Part shown: positions 19,105 to 28,772 of the stretch, one piece after another
How the letters are laid out: each line of letters begins with the position of its first letter
Position numbering within the stretch: position 1 is the stretch's first letter
Assembly: GCA_965223905.1 (NCBI GenBank)
Contig: CBDCXV010000001.1
Coordinates: forward strand, 1,216,001 to 1,280,000
Length of the DNA: 64,000 nucleotides
Direction of reading: 5' to 3'
DNA from: Candidatus Latescibacterota bacterium
GTDB lineage: Bacteria > Latescibacterota > UBA2968 > UBA8231
Position numbers and translations under genes: made by a program
Notes under the pieces: model-generated
The model's database searches: none
What the model was told of the DNA's origin: nothing
Seen by the model: only the letters and a program-made list of their open reading frames with translations

Positions 19105-19561
19105 ACGCCGGCACGGTGTTCCGCTCGGTCGAGACCCTGCGCGAGAGGAACTAGAACATCAGTGACCGCGACGCCCTGGAGGTCGCGCGGGCACTTTTGG
19201 GCATCGTGCTGCCGAATGTCGAGGGGATCGCAGACTTCGAGACCGCGCTGAACCCGGAGTTCTACACGCAGATCGTCACACTGGAGACGCGCCGGGGCCC
19301 TGGCTGCCGTCGACGATCCGGAGCGCATCGTGCCGTGGCTCGACACCGGTCCTTTTCCCCACGACGGCGATCCCATGTCCGCCAGGGCCTCAAGTTTGTT
19401 GTTGCGGGCGGCTGACGAGGGCGGGCTCGAGCGCTTCCTCTACCACCACCCAAGGCAATTTGACGGCCGGCGAATGGGTAGTGATCAGCGATCTGTGCGG
19501 GACCGCGCTGGAATCCGCGAGCCAGCGACTTCCCGACATGCTGGTTCTTTGATTCAATAAT

Positions 19562-19712
19562 GATTCTCTCGTAAAAACCCTACGTCGCTCAGAATGCCCG
19601 GTTTGTCATACAACATATAGTGCATGCGTTGTCTTCGTTGGCCAATATATAGTGGCGCTCTAATGTGCTGAATCGCTGAACATCCTCAAAATGGGGTTTA
19701 TACGAAGGAGTC
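19562..19712. mobile_element. MITE-like element, copy 1
   Basis: Terminal IRs GATTCTCTCGTAAAAACCC / GGGTTTATACGAAGGAGTC, flanked by AATAAT on both sides. Confidence 0.75.
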
Positions 19713-19718
19713 AATAAT

Positions 19719-19883
19719 GATTCTCTCGTAAAAACCTGCACCGTCCATAATGGCCGATGTTGTGATGCATCATATGGTATAGATGCTGGTCTATCAACCA
19801 CAACATGTAGTAGATCTCTAGTGTGCTAAATCGCTGAATTTTCCTGAAATTTTTTCCTGAAATGGGGTTTCTACGAGGGAGTC
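19719..19883. mobile_element. MITE-like element, copy 2 (tandem)
   Basis: Same IRs; flanks AATAAT / AGTAAT; contains the stop codon of the 520-aa gene. Confidence 0.75.
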
Positions 19884-21433
19884 AGTAATGCCTTGTCGAG
19901 CGTCGGATAGAACGGCAGCGGTTTGTCGTTCGGATGAACTCCCGTGATCTCGTCCCCCTTCCAGGCGAACTCATAGGTATCGCCAGCCGGCATGGTCTCG
20001 GATGTGCGCCTGGTCGGCAGTCCGTGTTGCAGGACGACTTCACAGCCAGATCGCAACCGATCCCGAGGCAAATACGCAAATGTCCCGATCTTCTTTAGCT
20101 CTGCCTCACGTCCGTCAACAGACAGTCGCACCGACTCGGGGGGTGCCCAGCCGGGGATGCGCAGGAAGAGGTTGTCCTCTATTCTGGGAATGATCGTGAC
20201 CCTCGCTTGGTCGTCACGGTGCACGGCAACCTGCACGTCGGCCTCTTCATAGTCGAAATGCATGTTGACGAACAAGCCGGCCTGCTCGCGGGAACAAACG
20301 TGCTCATAAATGGCACTCATCGTGTGCACGATCTCTGCCGTGCCGCTCGGATTGAACCCCTTGCCGGCATGGGGATAGCTATTCCCTCCCCAGCCGCCTA
20401 TGGCCTTTTGCGAAATCTCCACATCCGGGTTGTCGCGAACATCAGCTTCGGTCGTCTGCCCCGGAAAGAGGCGCGCCCGCACCAGTCGCTCCACGTCGTC
20501 GTAGCACCCGGTCCTCCCCGTGTGCGCGAGCCACAACGACAGTCGTGCTGCCGCGCCCGTCGATTCGGTGTTGGCCAGCGGATTTCCCGTCTTGTCGGGA
20601 AACCTCAGTACCCCCAGGTCGTGAGCTACCCAACCGCTTTCGTTGACGATATCGGGAACACCAACCTCGTAAGTGCGCACCACGGCGTCGACATACTTCG
20701 ACTGATGGGTCATGCTGCCGAGCAGTAGCAGACCACACAGTGTGTACAGGTAGGACTGGCGGTCACCGGGGGTTTTGTTCTTGAGATCATCGGGAATCGT
20801 GCCGTCGGGATTCGTGGCGTAGGTGAGGTGGAAGCGGGCCAAGTCCTCGGCCAGCTCCATGGCCAGCGAGTCGCCTGTCGCCTCGTAAAACCACATCAGT
20901 GCCTCAATGCAGCGCCCGTGCTGGACGATCAACGGGAAGCGGTCCTCGTTGGACGGCGTATGTCCCGGATGCTCATTCTCTCCGCCGGTGAAGAGCTTCT
21001 TATACTCGAACTGGTCGAAGTCCCAGGTGAAATCTGGTTTGAGGCCGCGGCGAATCGATTCCAGGTACTTGTGACCGGCCTTTGGCACCCAGGTGTTGTT
21101 GCGGTACTTGGCGAGTGCGGCGAACGCCAAGATACCCTCGCGCAGACTGTGGAGCTCGAATTTAAGCGGCTGCCAGTCCAGTCCCGGCGGCACCCAGAGC
21201 AGTCCATCGGGATTGTCCGTGAGCCAGTAAAGATTGCGCAGGTTTGCCCCTTCCATGTGACCGGGGATGGAAAACCCGGTGGCGTGTTCGAGGCGCAGCA
21301 TGGCGTCCCACCACCGGCCCAGATCGTGCGTGATCGCCCAGCTTCCCGTGGGCAGATAGTCCCGCTCGGGATCGAGCCAGCCCAGCAGATGCCGGCCACC
21401 CAGCTCCATCGAATCCTTCAGCTTCATAGTCAT
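19871..21433 (-). CDS. GH127-like (alpha/alpha)6 glycosidase-fold protein
   Basis: 520 aa; YEATGD..LAE, YDDVERLVRARL, LFLRIPGWA; GGAGG RBS. Confidence 0.6.
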   Translation of the reverse strand: MTMKLKDSMELGGRHLLGWLDPERDYLPTGSWAITHDLGRWWDAMLRLEHATGFSIPGHMEGANLRNLYWLTDNPDGLLWVPPGLDWQPLKFELHSLREGILAFAALAKYRNNTWVPKAGHKYLESIRRGLKPDFTWDFDQFEYKKLFTGGENEHPGHTPSNEDRFPLIVQHGRCIEALMWFYEATGDSLAMELAEDLARFHLTYATNPDGTIPDDLKNKTPGDRQSYLYTLCGLLLLGSMTHQSKYVDAVVRTYEVGVPDIVNESGWVAHDLGVLRFPDKTGNPLANTESTGAAARLSLWLAHTGRTGCYDDVERLVRARLFPGQTTEADVRDNPDVEISQKAIGGWGGNSYPHAGKGFNPSGTAEIVHTMSAIYEHVCSREQAGLFVNMHFDYEEADVQVAVHRDDQARVTIIPRIEDNLFLRIPGWAPPESVRLSVDGREAELKKIGTFAYLPRDRLRSGCEVVLQHGLPTRRTSETMPAGDTYEFAWKGDEITGVHPNDKPLPFYPTLDKALLTPS

Positions 21434-21594
21434 CTACCTCCGCAAAGTGTGCGTCGGTCGGGAGTACGTGGCTGTCTCGGTCGCGGTCAAATCAGTATAG
21501 GTTGCGATCCCCGCGGCCGACAGCTCGGGGTCGCTGGCGGACTGCGGCATGCAGCACGATATTGACGCGCCCAACTCTGGAGAGGACGATCTCA

Positions 21595-22515
21595 ATGGCA
21601 GAGCTGAAGGAGCGACGCCTGGGTCACACGGAGATGCGCCCGAAAGGACTGGGCATGGGCGGCGCCTGGTGGTCGGCGCATCCTGCTCGTGAAACCATCG
21701 CCGCCATCGAACGCGCCGTGGAGCTGGGAATCGACTTCTTCGATACGTATCCCGGCGAAGGCGAAGAGCGCTGGGGTGAGGGGCTTTCAGGCGGAAAGAG
21801 GGAGTTCGTGTACCTTCAGGGGAAGGTCAGCAGCGCCGTTGCGAATGACCAGACGTCCGATCACTCCGCCGCCAGGACTCGCAGCAGCGTCGAGGCGAGT
21901 CTCAGGCAGTTGCGCACGGACCACCTCGATTCCTGTCTCATCCACGGCTACGATCGGCCGGAGCAGCTCGATGAGGACGGCTTCATCGATCCCCTGGGTC
22001 CTGGCAACGCCCTCGATGAACTCATCAAAATGCGAGACGAGGGGCTCATCAGGCACATCGGCATCGGTGCCCGTCATGCCGACGTCATCAACAGGGCAAC
22101 GGCGACGGGAGAGATCGAAATCGTGCTGACTTATATGGAGTACAACCTGTTGACCCAGGCAGCGGCCGACAGCTTCTTCCCCCAGTGCCGCGAGCGCGAC
22201 GTGGGCGTCATTCTCGCCAGTCCTCATGGCATGGGAATTCTCACGGGCGCCGAGCCCGATGACGCGAGGGCGCGTCGCATGATCCCCGGCACGGAGCTGA
22301 GGGCCCATGCCATGTGGAAGTGGTGCAGAGATCGCGGTGTCAACATCCGTCACTTGGCGATCCAGTTCTGCATGGCCGCACCCGCCGTCGACAGCATCGT
22401 TCTGCCCGGGCCGGCGTCGGTACAGCAGCTCAAGGAGGCCTACGAGGCCGGCACCGCCGATATTCCCGCGGAGGTTTGGCGCGACTTCGAAGCCGAGTTC
22501 GGCGTCGGCGTGTAG
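21595..22515 (+). CDS. Aldo/keto reductase
   Basis: RRLGHT..GLG, GIDFFDT, SVEASLRQLRTDHLD, GLIRHIGIG, YNLL. Confidence 0.9.
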   Translation: MAELKERRLGHTEMRPKGLGMGGAWWSAHPARETIAAIERAVELGIDFFDTYPGEGEERWGEGLSGGKREFVYLQGKVSSAVANDQTSDHSAARTRSSVEASLRQLRTDHLDSCLIHGYDRPEQLDEDGFIDPLGPGNALDELIKMRDEGLIRHIGIGARHADVINRATATGEIEIVLTYMEYNLLTQAAADSFFPQCRERDVGVILASPHGMGILTGAEPDDARARRMIPGTELRAHAMWKWCRDRGVNIRHLAIQFCMAAPAVDSIVLPGPASVQQLKEAYEAGTADIPAEVWRDFEAEFGVGV

Positions 22516-22536
22516 CCCCCGCGTCAGGTCGTCTTC

Positions 22537-24462
22537 CTAATCGGAGCGCCTCGCTGCCCAGTCCTTGCGCAGGGCAAAGACGCGTTCGTCCCAGATGTGC
22601 ACGTTCTGTCGTTCGGACCAGTGGGCTCCGCCGACGACGAGTAACCTGCCGTTCAATACCCCGGCCCCTCCCCAGGAATTCTCCTTCGGCAAATCGGGTC
22701 CCGACCGCCACACCCTTTCGTCGGGCGAATACCGCCAACTCTCACGCGTTTTGTGATCGCCCAGTGCCCACACCTCGCCCTCGTAAGCGGCGACATACGA
22801 GGTCACTGGAAGATGGGATGGTTCCGGGAGCTCCTCCCACTCGCCCCGCTCTGGATCGAGAGCGAAGAACCCTTGCCCGCCGATGACGTAGATGACCTCA
22901 TTCAAAACACATCCGGCGAATTGGCGTATCGGTCGGGGCAACTCGGGCCCGAAACGCCACACTCTCTCACCGGGTCCAATGGTCTCCACGCTGGCGAGGG
23001 CTTCCTCGCCCAGGCCCCGATGTGCACCGCCGATGGCGAACACCCTTCCCTTCGCGGTCAGCGCCACGACTTCCGTGCGAGGCGTGTTGAGTCGGGGCCC
23101 TGACCGCCAACGGCCGGTCGCCGGGTCGAAAATGGCCACCTCGTCCAGGGGGACGAGGTCATACGTCCCCTCCCGGTCCGCCAGATCGGCTCTTCCGCCA
23201 ATCGCCCAGATTTCCCCTTCAAACACCGTGAGGCCGTTGTGGCACAGAGGGGCCGGCATCCGCGACACGACGCTCCATGAGTTGGTCGTGGGATCGTAGC
23301 CCAAGAGTTCATCGAAGATGCGTCGCTCTGCGGGGAATCCCCATCCCACCGTCAGCCCACCGGCGACGTAGAGATAATCGTCCAGTTCCACCGCTACGAT
23401 GTCATGGTTTCCACCGGGTAGTGGAGCGACCGACTCCCAATGCCGTTGCCAGGCATTGAGCGCCGGCTCCAACCGCATGAGCCGGGTACCGGACGCGAAC
23501 CAGACGCCACCCAAAGGATCGCAGTGGATGAGCTCGATCGCCCCGGAGGACCCGGGTTCCAGGAGAGTGCGCGTGAAAAGGACATTCGCGGTATCGGCGT
23601 CGAGCTCTACCATGGCTCCCGTGTCGAATCCTGCCAGCGCCATGTCAGTGGGAGATCGCGAAAGGGTCGTGATCGTTCCCGGAAGGTCCTCGGTACCGGT
23701 GGGAACGTGCCATCCCTCGGTCGGCGAGAGAGGATCCAGTCGTCGCAAACTCTCGTCTCCCACCGCCCAGAAAAAACCCTCCGCATCGGCACTCAACAGT
23801 CGCCACCCTTCACCCTCGGGTTGTGGCTCTACCCGTTGCCACGCTTGCGGCGCGTTCGCCGTCCGGATGACGAGATGGGTCGTACCGTCGGCGCCTTCGA
23901 CGATCCCCCAATGGTTGTCGTACATGTCGTGGTCCAACGGGATCGCACGGCGACCCCCCGTCAAACCGCTGGGGACATCCGCATAGACAGCGTTCGATTC
24001 CCGAAAACGCTCACAGCCTTCCATCCACACGCTACCGTCCCGGCTGCCGGCCAGGCGACGGGTGAAATCTGAGGTGCAGCCGAACTGTTCCGTGACATCG
24101 GCGATTGCCCACCCCTCTGCCAGATCGAGTTGAAGTACCAATGATCCGCGCGCGATGAACAGCTTTTCATCGCGACTGAGCGCCAAGCCACTCACGTCAC
24201 CCGCGATGACACGTCGCAACCGTGCGCCTTCGACGACGAACAGACCGCCGGCCTGTGTGGGAATGGCCGCGAACAGTCTGCCGTGACGATCGCTACCGAG
24301 TGCCACCGGAGCGACCGGCAGATCGACTACGTGGCGTATGACTCGGTCGATATCTCGATTCGAGTCGCGAGAATTGCGCGGTGCGCCCAGCTCCTGTGAT
24401 CCGTCAACCGAGAGCTGAAGCGCGAGCAGGCTTGCCCATACTGTCATTGTCATCATGCGCAT
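22537..24462 (-). CDS. Secreted beta-propeller/Kelch-repeat protein
   Basis: Signal peptide; repeated YVAGG/AIGG..YDP..W Kelch motifs in the C-terminal half. Confidence 0.85.
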   Translation of the reverse strand: MRMMTMTVWASLLALQLSVDGSQELGAPRNSRDSNRDIDRVIRHVVDLPVAPVALGSDRHGRLFAAIPTQAGGLFVVEGARLRRVIAGDVSGLALSRDEKLFIARGSLVLQLDLAEGWAIADVTEQFGCTSDFTRRLAGSRDGSVWMEGCERFRESNAVYADVPSGLTGGRRAIPLDHDMYDNHWGIVEGADGTTHLVIRTANAPQAWQRVEPQPEGEGWRLLSADAEGFFWAVGDESLRRLDPLSPTEGWHVPTGTEDLPGTITTLSRSPTDMALAGFDTGAMVELDADTANVLFTRTLLEPGSSGAIELIHCDPLGGVWFASGTRLMRLEPALNAWQRHWESVAPLPGGNHDIVAVELDDYLYVAGGLTVGWGFPAERRIFDELLGYDPTTNSWSVVSRMPAPLCHNGLTVFEGEIWAIGGRADLADREGTYDLVPLDEVAIFDPATGRWRSGPRLNTPRTEVVALTAKGRVFAIGGAHRGLGEEALASVETIGPGERVWRFGPELPRPIRQFAGCVLNEVIYVIGGQGFFALDPERGEWEELPEPSHLPVTSYVAAYEGEVWALGDHKTRESWRYSPDERVWRSGPDLPKENSWGGAGVLNGRLLVVGGAHWSERQNVHIWDERVFALRKDWAARRSD

Positions 24463-24477
24463 TTGCTGAAAAATCTC

Positions 24478-25231
24478 CAGTAGTGTCCCGTTGTTGGCTG
24501 AGGATTTTTTCGTAAGGCATTAATTTCGTTGATGTTACAGCATTTATAAGTGGAATAGACTTGAAATCGTCTCGTTATTTGGGCCCTCCCCTCCTCGGCA
24601 ATTCACAAGGAAAGGCCCATGTACAGCGGACGCTTCGTCTTTTCCCAGCTCATGGAATTTTTTCCGTTGCGCGCCTTCCGACAGTGGAGTTGTTCTTCAA
24701 GTGGATCAAGCAGCACCTGCGGATCAAGGCATTTTTCGGTACCTCCGAAAACGCGGTAAAGACCCAGATCTGGATCGCCATCAGCATGTACGTGCTCGTG
24801 GCCATCGTCAAGAAGCAGCTTCACGTCAACCGCCGTCTCTCCGAAATCCAGCAAATTCTCACCGTTTCACTTTTCGAGAAAGTTGATATTTTACAAGTAC
24901 TTACGAAAACACATCTCCAAAACGAATCAGAGCACTTGTAACCAGTTGAATTTATTCGACTCCGGGGTATCCACCTAACCGGACTAACGGAAAACACTGC
25001 CCCGTTGGGAGATAAACGGTACGACCGAACAGGGGATTGCCCAGTAAAGTGGATCGCTACGCGCTGAACCGCGCCGAGGCAAGTTCCAGGGATGTAGAAT
25101 CCGGCATTGTCGCGCGGCGTACCGAGCCATTGGTAGCGGTCGGCCTGTGGTCACCGACGCTCAACCCGGTTGTCCCGAAGCGGTCCGGTTGCATGGATAC
25201 CCCTAATTCGACTAATAACGGAACACTACTG
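24478..25231 (+). mobile_element. Internally deleted IS4-family (DUF4372-type) element with both ends intact
   Basis: IRs CAGTAGTGT(C/T)CCGTT; target duplication GAAAAATCT(C/G) at 24468-24477 and 25232-25241; MYSGRFVFSQLMEF joined to VELFFKWIKQHLRIK..SENAVKTQIW. Confidence 0.9.
24962..25205. mobile_element. 244-bp MITE nested in the IS4 remnant
   Basis: 23-bp imperfect IRs (GGGGTATCCA..AACCGGAC); perfect 8-bp target duplication ATTCGACT at 24954-24961 and 25206-25213. Confidence 0.85.
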
Positions 25232-25739
25232 GAAAAATCTGATTGGTTGTCTTTCCGATGGAAAAGAAAGCCTGAGGCAGTTTGAGACTTCGTCAACGCC
25301 TCAATACGCAGTCCGAGCGATTCTGACCGCTGATCGTGATCTCGACAGGCTCCATCGCGGCCTGTATCATCCTCTCCACCGGCTCGGTTCCAGATCTCGT
25401 GAAATGTCACGGACAGCTGCAAGCATTCAGACCGGTTCGAGCGTCTCAACGTGTGGATCCGGGGAGACTTGAGCGCGGGCATCTGGAGGCACCAGTTGCG
25501 GAGCCTGTCTGAATGCGTGTGTGAGGCAGGGCAGCGACAAACCAAATGAAGGGTATCGAATCCAGGATTCGATAAGGCAGATGCTGCTCGGCGCAAATCC
25601 TTGCCCATAAAGTCGCCGATCCATCCCGACCCGCGGCGCTCCCTCGCCGCATCCACTGATACGACTCGCTCATGCGCCTTGCGAGCCGGGCGCCTCGGGG
25701 GCCGAATATGGTCAGATCTATTTCTTCTGAGACAGGACA

Positions 25740-26975
25740 CTAACCGCCCTCCATGGACTGAATGCTGTAGTAGCCGGCGTAGAACTCCCGGCTCCGGTCG
25801 CGCACCCAGGTGCGGTCCCGGGCCTGCTCCCCGAACCTGAGCAGCCCGAACTCCTCCAGCTCCTCGCCGGGCTTGCCACCGGTGGCCCACTCGGCGAGCC
25901 AGCGGCCGATAGCAACCGATCCGGCGATGCCGACCGCGGCGCATCCCGAGGCGACGATCAGCCCTTCGGCCCCCGGCACTGGCCCGATGAGGTAGCGGCC
26001 GTCCGGGGCGAAGGTGGTGATTCCCTGCCGGTACTCGGCGATCTCGAGGTCGCCGAGCACCGGAAAGCAGGGGACCAGCCTTCGCCGGGCCTCGGCGATG
26101 GTGGCCAGCGGATCGTCGACGTCGCTGCTGCGGAAGCCGGCGGGAAGCCCGTCGAGGTCTATGAGGTGGGGCTCCGGCTCGAAGAAGCCGTACAGGTACC
26201 CGCCTTGGTCGGGGCGCAGGTAGCAGCTGACGTCGGTGACGCGGACCACGGGATGGTCCTCCGGGATGCCGCCGACCGGCACGGTGCGGGCACGCTGGTG
26301 GCGAATCGTCTGCATCGGCAGCTCGACCCCGGCGAGCCGGGCGATTCTCCCGGTCCAGGGGCCGCAGGCGACGATCACCCGCTCCGCGGCCCGCGGTCCG
26401 CTGTCGGTGCTCACGCCGCTCACGCTGCCGTTTTCCACCGCGAGGCCGGTCACCTCGACCCCGCATTCGATTTCGACGCCCCCTTCCCGCGCCGCGGCGG
26501 CGTAGGCGAGGGCGCACTGGCGCGCGTCGACGTACCCGTCCCCCTCGACGAACAGCCCCCCAGGCAGCCGCTCGACCTCCATCTCCGGGCACATCCTCTT
26601 CATCTCGCCGCGGCCGGCGATTTCCGCCCGCACCCCGGTTCTGTCGGCGAGATCGATCAGCCTCCGGTACGCCTCCATGCGCTCCTCGGTGAGGGCGGCC
26701 ATCAGGCTGCCGGGCCGCCGCAGGCCGGGGTCGTGGCCGGTTTCCCCGGCGAAGCCGTCGAGCAGGTCGAGGGCGTAGCGTATGGCGGAACACATGGTCG
26801 GCGAAGAGCGTATCTGCCCGACGAGGCCGGCGGCCCTGGGGGTGGTTTCGTCGGCGAGGTCGGCGTTGCGCTCCAGCAGGCGCACGCTGCCGGCGCCGCG
26901 GGCGGCGAGATGGTAGGCGGTGCTCAAGCCCCAGATGCCGCCGCCGACCACGAGGAAATCAGAAGTTCTGCTCAT
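25740..26975 (-). CDS. FAD-dependent oxidoreductase (DAO / sarcosine-dimethylglycine oxidase-like)
   Basis: VVGGGIWGLSTAYHLA, TPRAAG, DGYVD, TFAPDGRYLIG. Confidence 0.9.
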   Translation of the reverse strand: MSRTSDFLVVGGGIWGLSTAYHLAARGAGSVRLLERNADLADETTPRAAGLVGQIRSSPTMCSAIRYALDLLDGFAGETGHDPGLRRPGSLMAALTEERMEAYRRLIDLADRTGVRAEIAGRGEMKRMCPEMEVERLPGGLFVEGDGYVDARQCALAYAAAAREGGVEIECGVEVTGLAVENGSVSGVSTDSGPRAAERVIVACGPWTGRIARLAGVELPMQTIRHQRARTVPVGGIPEDHPVVRVTDVSCYLRPDQGGYLYGFFEPEPHLIDLDGLPAGFRSSDVDDPLATIAEARRRLVPCFPVLGDLEIAEYRQGITTFAPDGRYLIGPVPGAEGLIVASGCAAVGIAGSVAIGRWLAEWATGGKPGEELEEFGLLRFGEQARDRTWVRDRSREFYAGYYSIQSMEGG

Positions 26976-27056
26976 ATCGAGCCCTTTTTGATCAGACCTG
27001 GCAAAATGGTAAATGACGAGTGGTTTCAGGAGATGGAACTGCCGAAAGCAAAACCC

Positions 27057-27401
27057 TCATCCAGTGAGAAGGACCGTCAGCTTTTCCATGACTTCCCCCA
27101 CCACCTGCGCCGGGGCTCGACACCCGAAGCCGGTTCGTCGGGCCCGCCAGTCCAGGCTCTTGACCTGGTCGGCCAGGACGACACCGGTAACGAGACTGGC
27201 GGATGGGAGGGAAACCTCGAAGGGGTAGCCCTTGACCCTGGAAGTGATGGGGCAGCATAGCGCCAGAGAGGTTTTCTCGTTGTAGCTCTGCGGACTCAGA
27301 ACAAGAGCAGGCCGACGCCCGGCCTGTTCATGTCCAGCCTGGAGAGTGAAGGCAAGCCAGACAATGTCCCCCCTGCCCGGGACATATCCCCGCTCTACCA
27401 T
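27057..27401 (-). CDS. mazF: MazF endoribonuclease toxin
   Basis: YVPGRGDIVW..GHEQAGRRPALVLS..CPITS..KGYPFEV..DQVKSLDW. Confidence 0.95.
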   Translation of the reverse strand: MVERGYVPGRGDIVWLAFTLQAGHEQAGRRPALVLSPQSYNEKTSLALCCPITSRVKGYPFEVSLPSASLVTGVVLADQVKSLDWRARRTGFGCRAPAQVVGEVMEKLTVLLTG

Positions 27402-27634
27402 GCCTCGTTGCCCTGGGCGGGGCCGGTGTCCGCCTCGGGATGGAGATTGTCCTCCGTCACCTGGTCCAGCATGTCGTCCAGGTTATAGGTCTTCTTGCGC
27501 ATCACGACCTGGTCGCCCTGCGAGATCATCTCGATGGAAGAGCCTTCCTGAACGCCCCATTGCTCGGCGATCGGCTTGGGGATGCGCACCGCCAGGCTGG
27601 TGCCCCATTTGGCGATATGGGATTTCGCTCCCAT
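27395..27634 (-). CDS. mazE: MazE/AbrB antitoxin
   Basis: KWGTSLAVRIP..YNLDDML..ENLH-like..G.E.W; overlaps mazF. Confidence 0.92.
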   Translation of the reverse strand: MGAKSHIAKWGTSLAVRIPKPIAEQWGVQEGSSIEMISQGDQVVMRKKTYNLDDMLDQVTEDNLHPEADTGPAQGNEAW

Positions 27635-27972
27635 TGGAATACCTCCCGATCTTCATTTGGTGACTTTCATATATATAAAATATATCTCCATTGTTTCTGA
27701 AGGACAGCCAAAGCTGAGATCCGTCTGGTGAGCCGGCCAGAGCATTGGAGGGCAGACTGGCACTGACCGCAGTAACGGCTGTCACGGAACATCCCGTGGC
27801 GTCTTCGGCCGGGGCATCCCCGTTTGCCGGGTGCCTGAGCGCGGGCAAAACGGCCGCCTTTCCATATCAAGTCCATTTCCTGGTGTAGCGTCCTACGGAT
27901 AACATGAAAACCGGCGCTGAGACGGGAAAGATCCGCGCCGGAAAAATTGCAAGGGATTCCTGGGACGCGACA

Positions 27973-28770
27973 CTATACCCGCCCCTCGAACTCCCGCCCC
28001 CGGACCAGCATGAAGCGAAACTCGCCGGGCGGCTTCCCGCACTCCATCATCAGGCGCTGATCCTCGTTCCCGCTGCCGAGGTACATGGTCTCGGATCGGA
28101 TGTAGTGGAGGGCCAGGCCGCGCCGCCGGTCGGGGGTGGAGTTGGCGCCGGTGCGGTGGAAGTTGAGACCGTGGTGGAACAGGCAGGAGCCGGCCTGCAA
28201 TTCCACCGGAACCGGTTCGGGGAGCAGGGGATCGTCGAGGAAGCGGGCTTTCCGCTCCGGGGTGATCGGCCCCCACTTGTGGCTTCCCGGCAGCACCGTC
28301 ATGCAGCCGTTTTCCACCGTGGCGTCGTCGAGGGCGACCCAGCATGAGACGTGGTCCTGCGGTGCGAACTGGGGCCAGGCCACCGAGTCCTGGTGCCAGT
28401 CGGTGACGGTGCCGTGATAGCGGGCCTTCATCATCAACTGGTCGCAGTAGAGCTTGATGTTGGGCCCCAGCAGCTCCTCGATGACGTCGACGATGGCCTC
28501 CTTGCGGGCGGCTGCTTCGAACAAGGGGTCGAAATAGCACAGGTGGGTCATCTTGCGCACCTGGTCGAGGCGGTCGACGCCGTCGCCGTCCTCCTGGCGG
28601 AAGGCGGCTTCAAGCTGGATGTAGCGCGGGGGGACGTGATCCGCTTCGCCCCGGGCTATCTCCTCGCTGCGCCGGCGCAGGTCACCGAGTTCGCCGTCGG
28701 AGAGGACGCGGTCGAAGGGCAGGTAGCCCTGTTCCTCGAAATGGGTTTTCTGCGCCTGGGTCAGGGTCAT
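27973..28770 (-). CDS. Phytanoyl-CoA dioxygenase (PhyH) family
   Basis: WHQD, WVALDDATVENGCM..PGSH, H.T.AN..RR. Confidence 0.92.
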   Translation of the reverse strand: MTLTQAQKTHFEEQGYLPFDRVLSDGELGDLRRRSEEIARGEADHVPPRYIQLEAAFRQEDGDGVDRLDQVRKMTHLCYFDPLFEAAARKEAIVDVIEELLGPNIKLYCDQLMMKARYHGTVTDWHQDSVAWPQFAPQDHVSCWVALDDATVENGCMTVLPGSHKWGPITPERKARFLDDPLLPEPVPVELQAGSCLFHHGLNFHRTGANSTPDRRRGLALHYIRSETMYLGSGNEDQRLMMECGKPPGEFRFMLVRGREFEGRV

Positions 28771-28772
28771 AA

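Noticed and set aside
19100-19550. Short coding-like fragments (also 18150-18340, 25250-25700, 39790-39985)
   Set aside because: Probably gene debris; no family could be supported from sequence alone
19556-19889. Possible CRISPR array
   Set aside because: Only two 150-165 bp units with homologous interiors and terminal IRs; no cas genes
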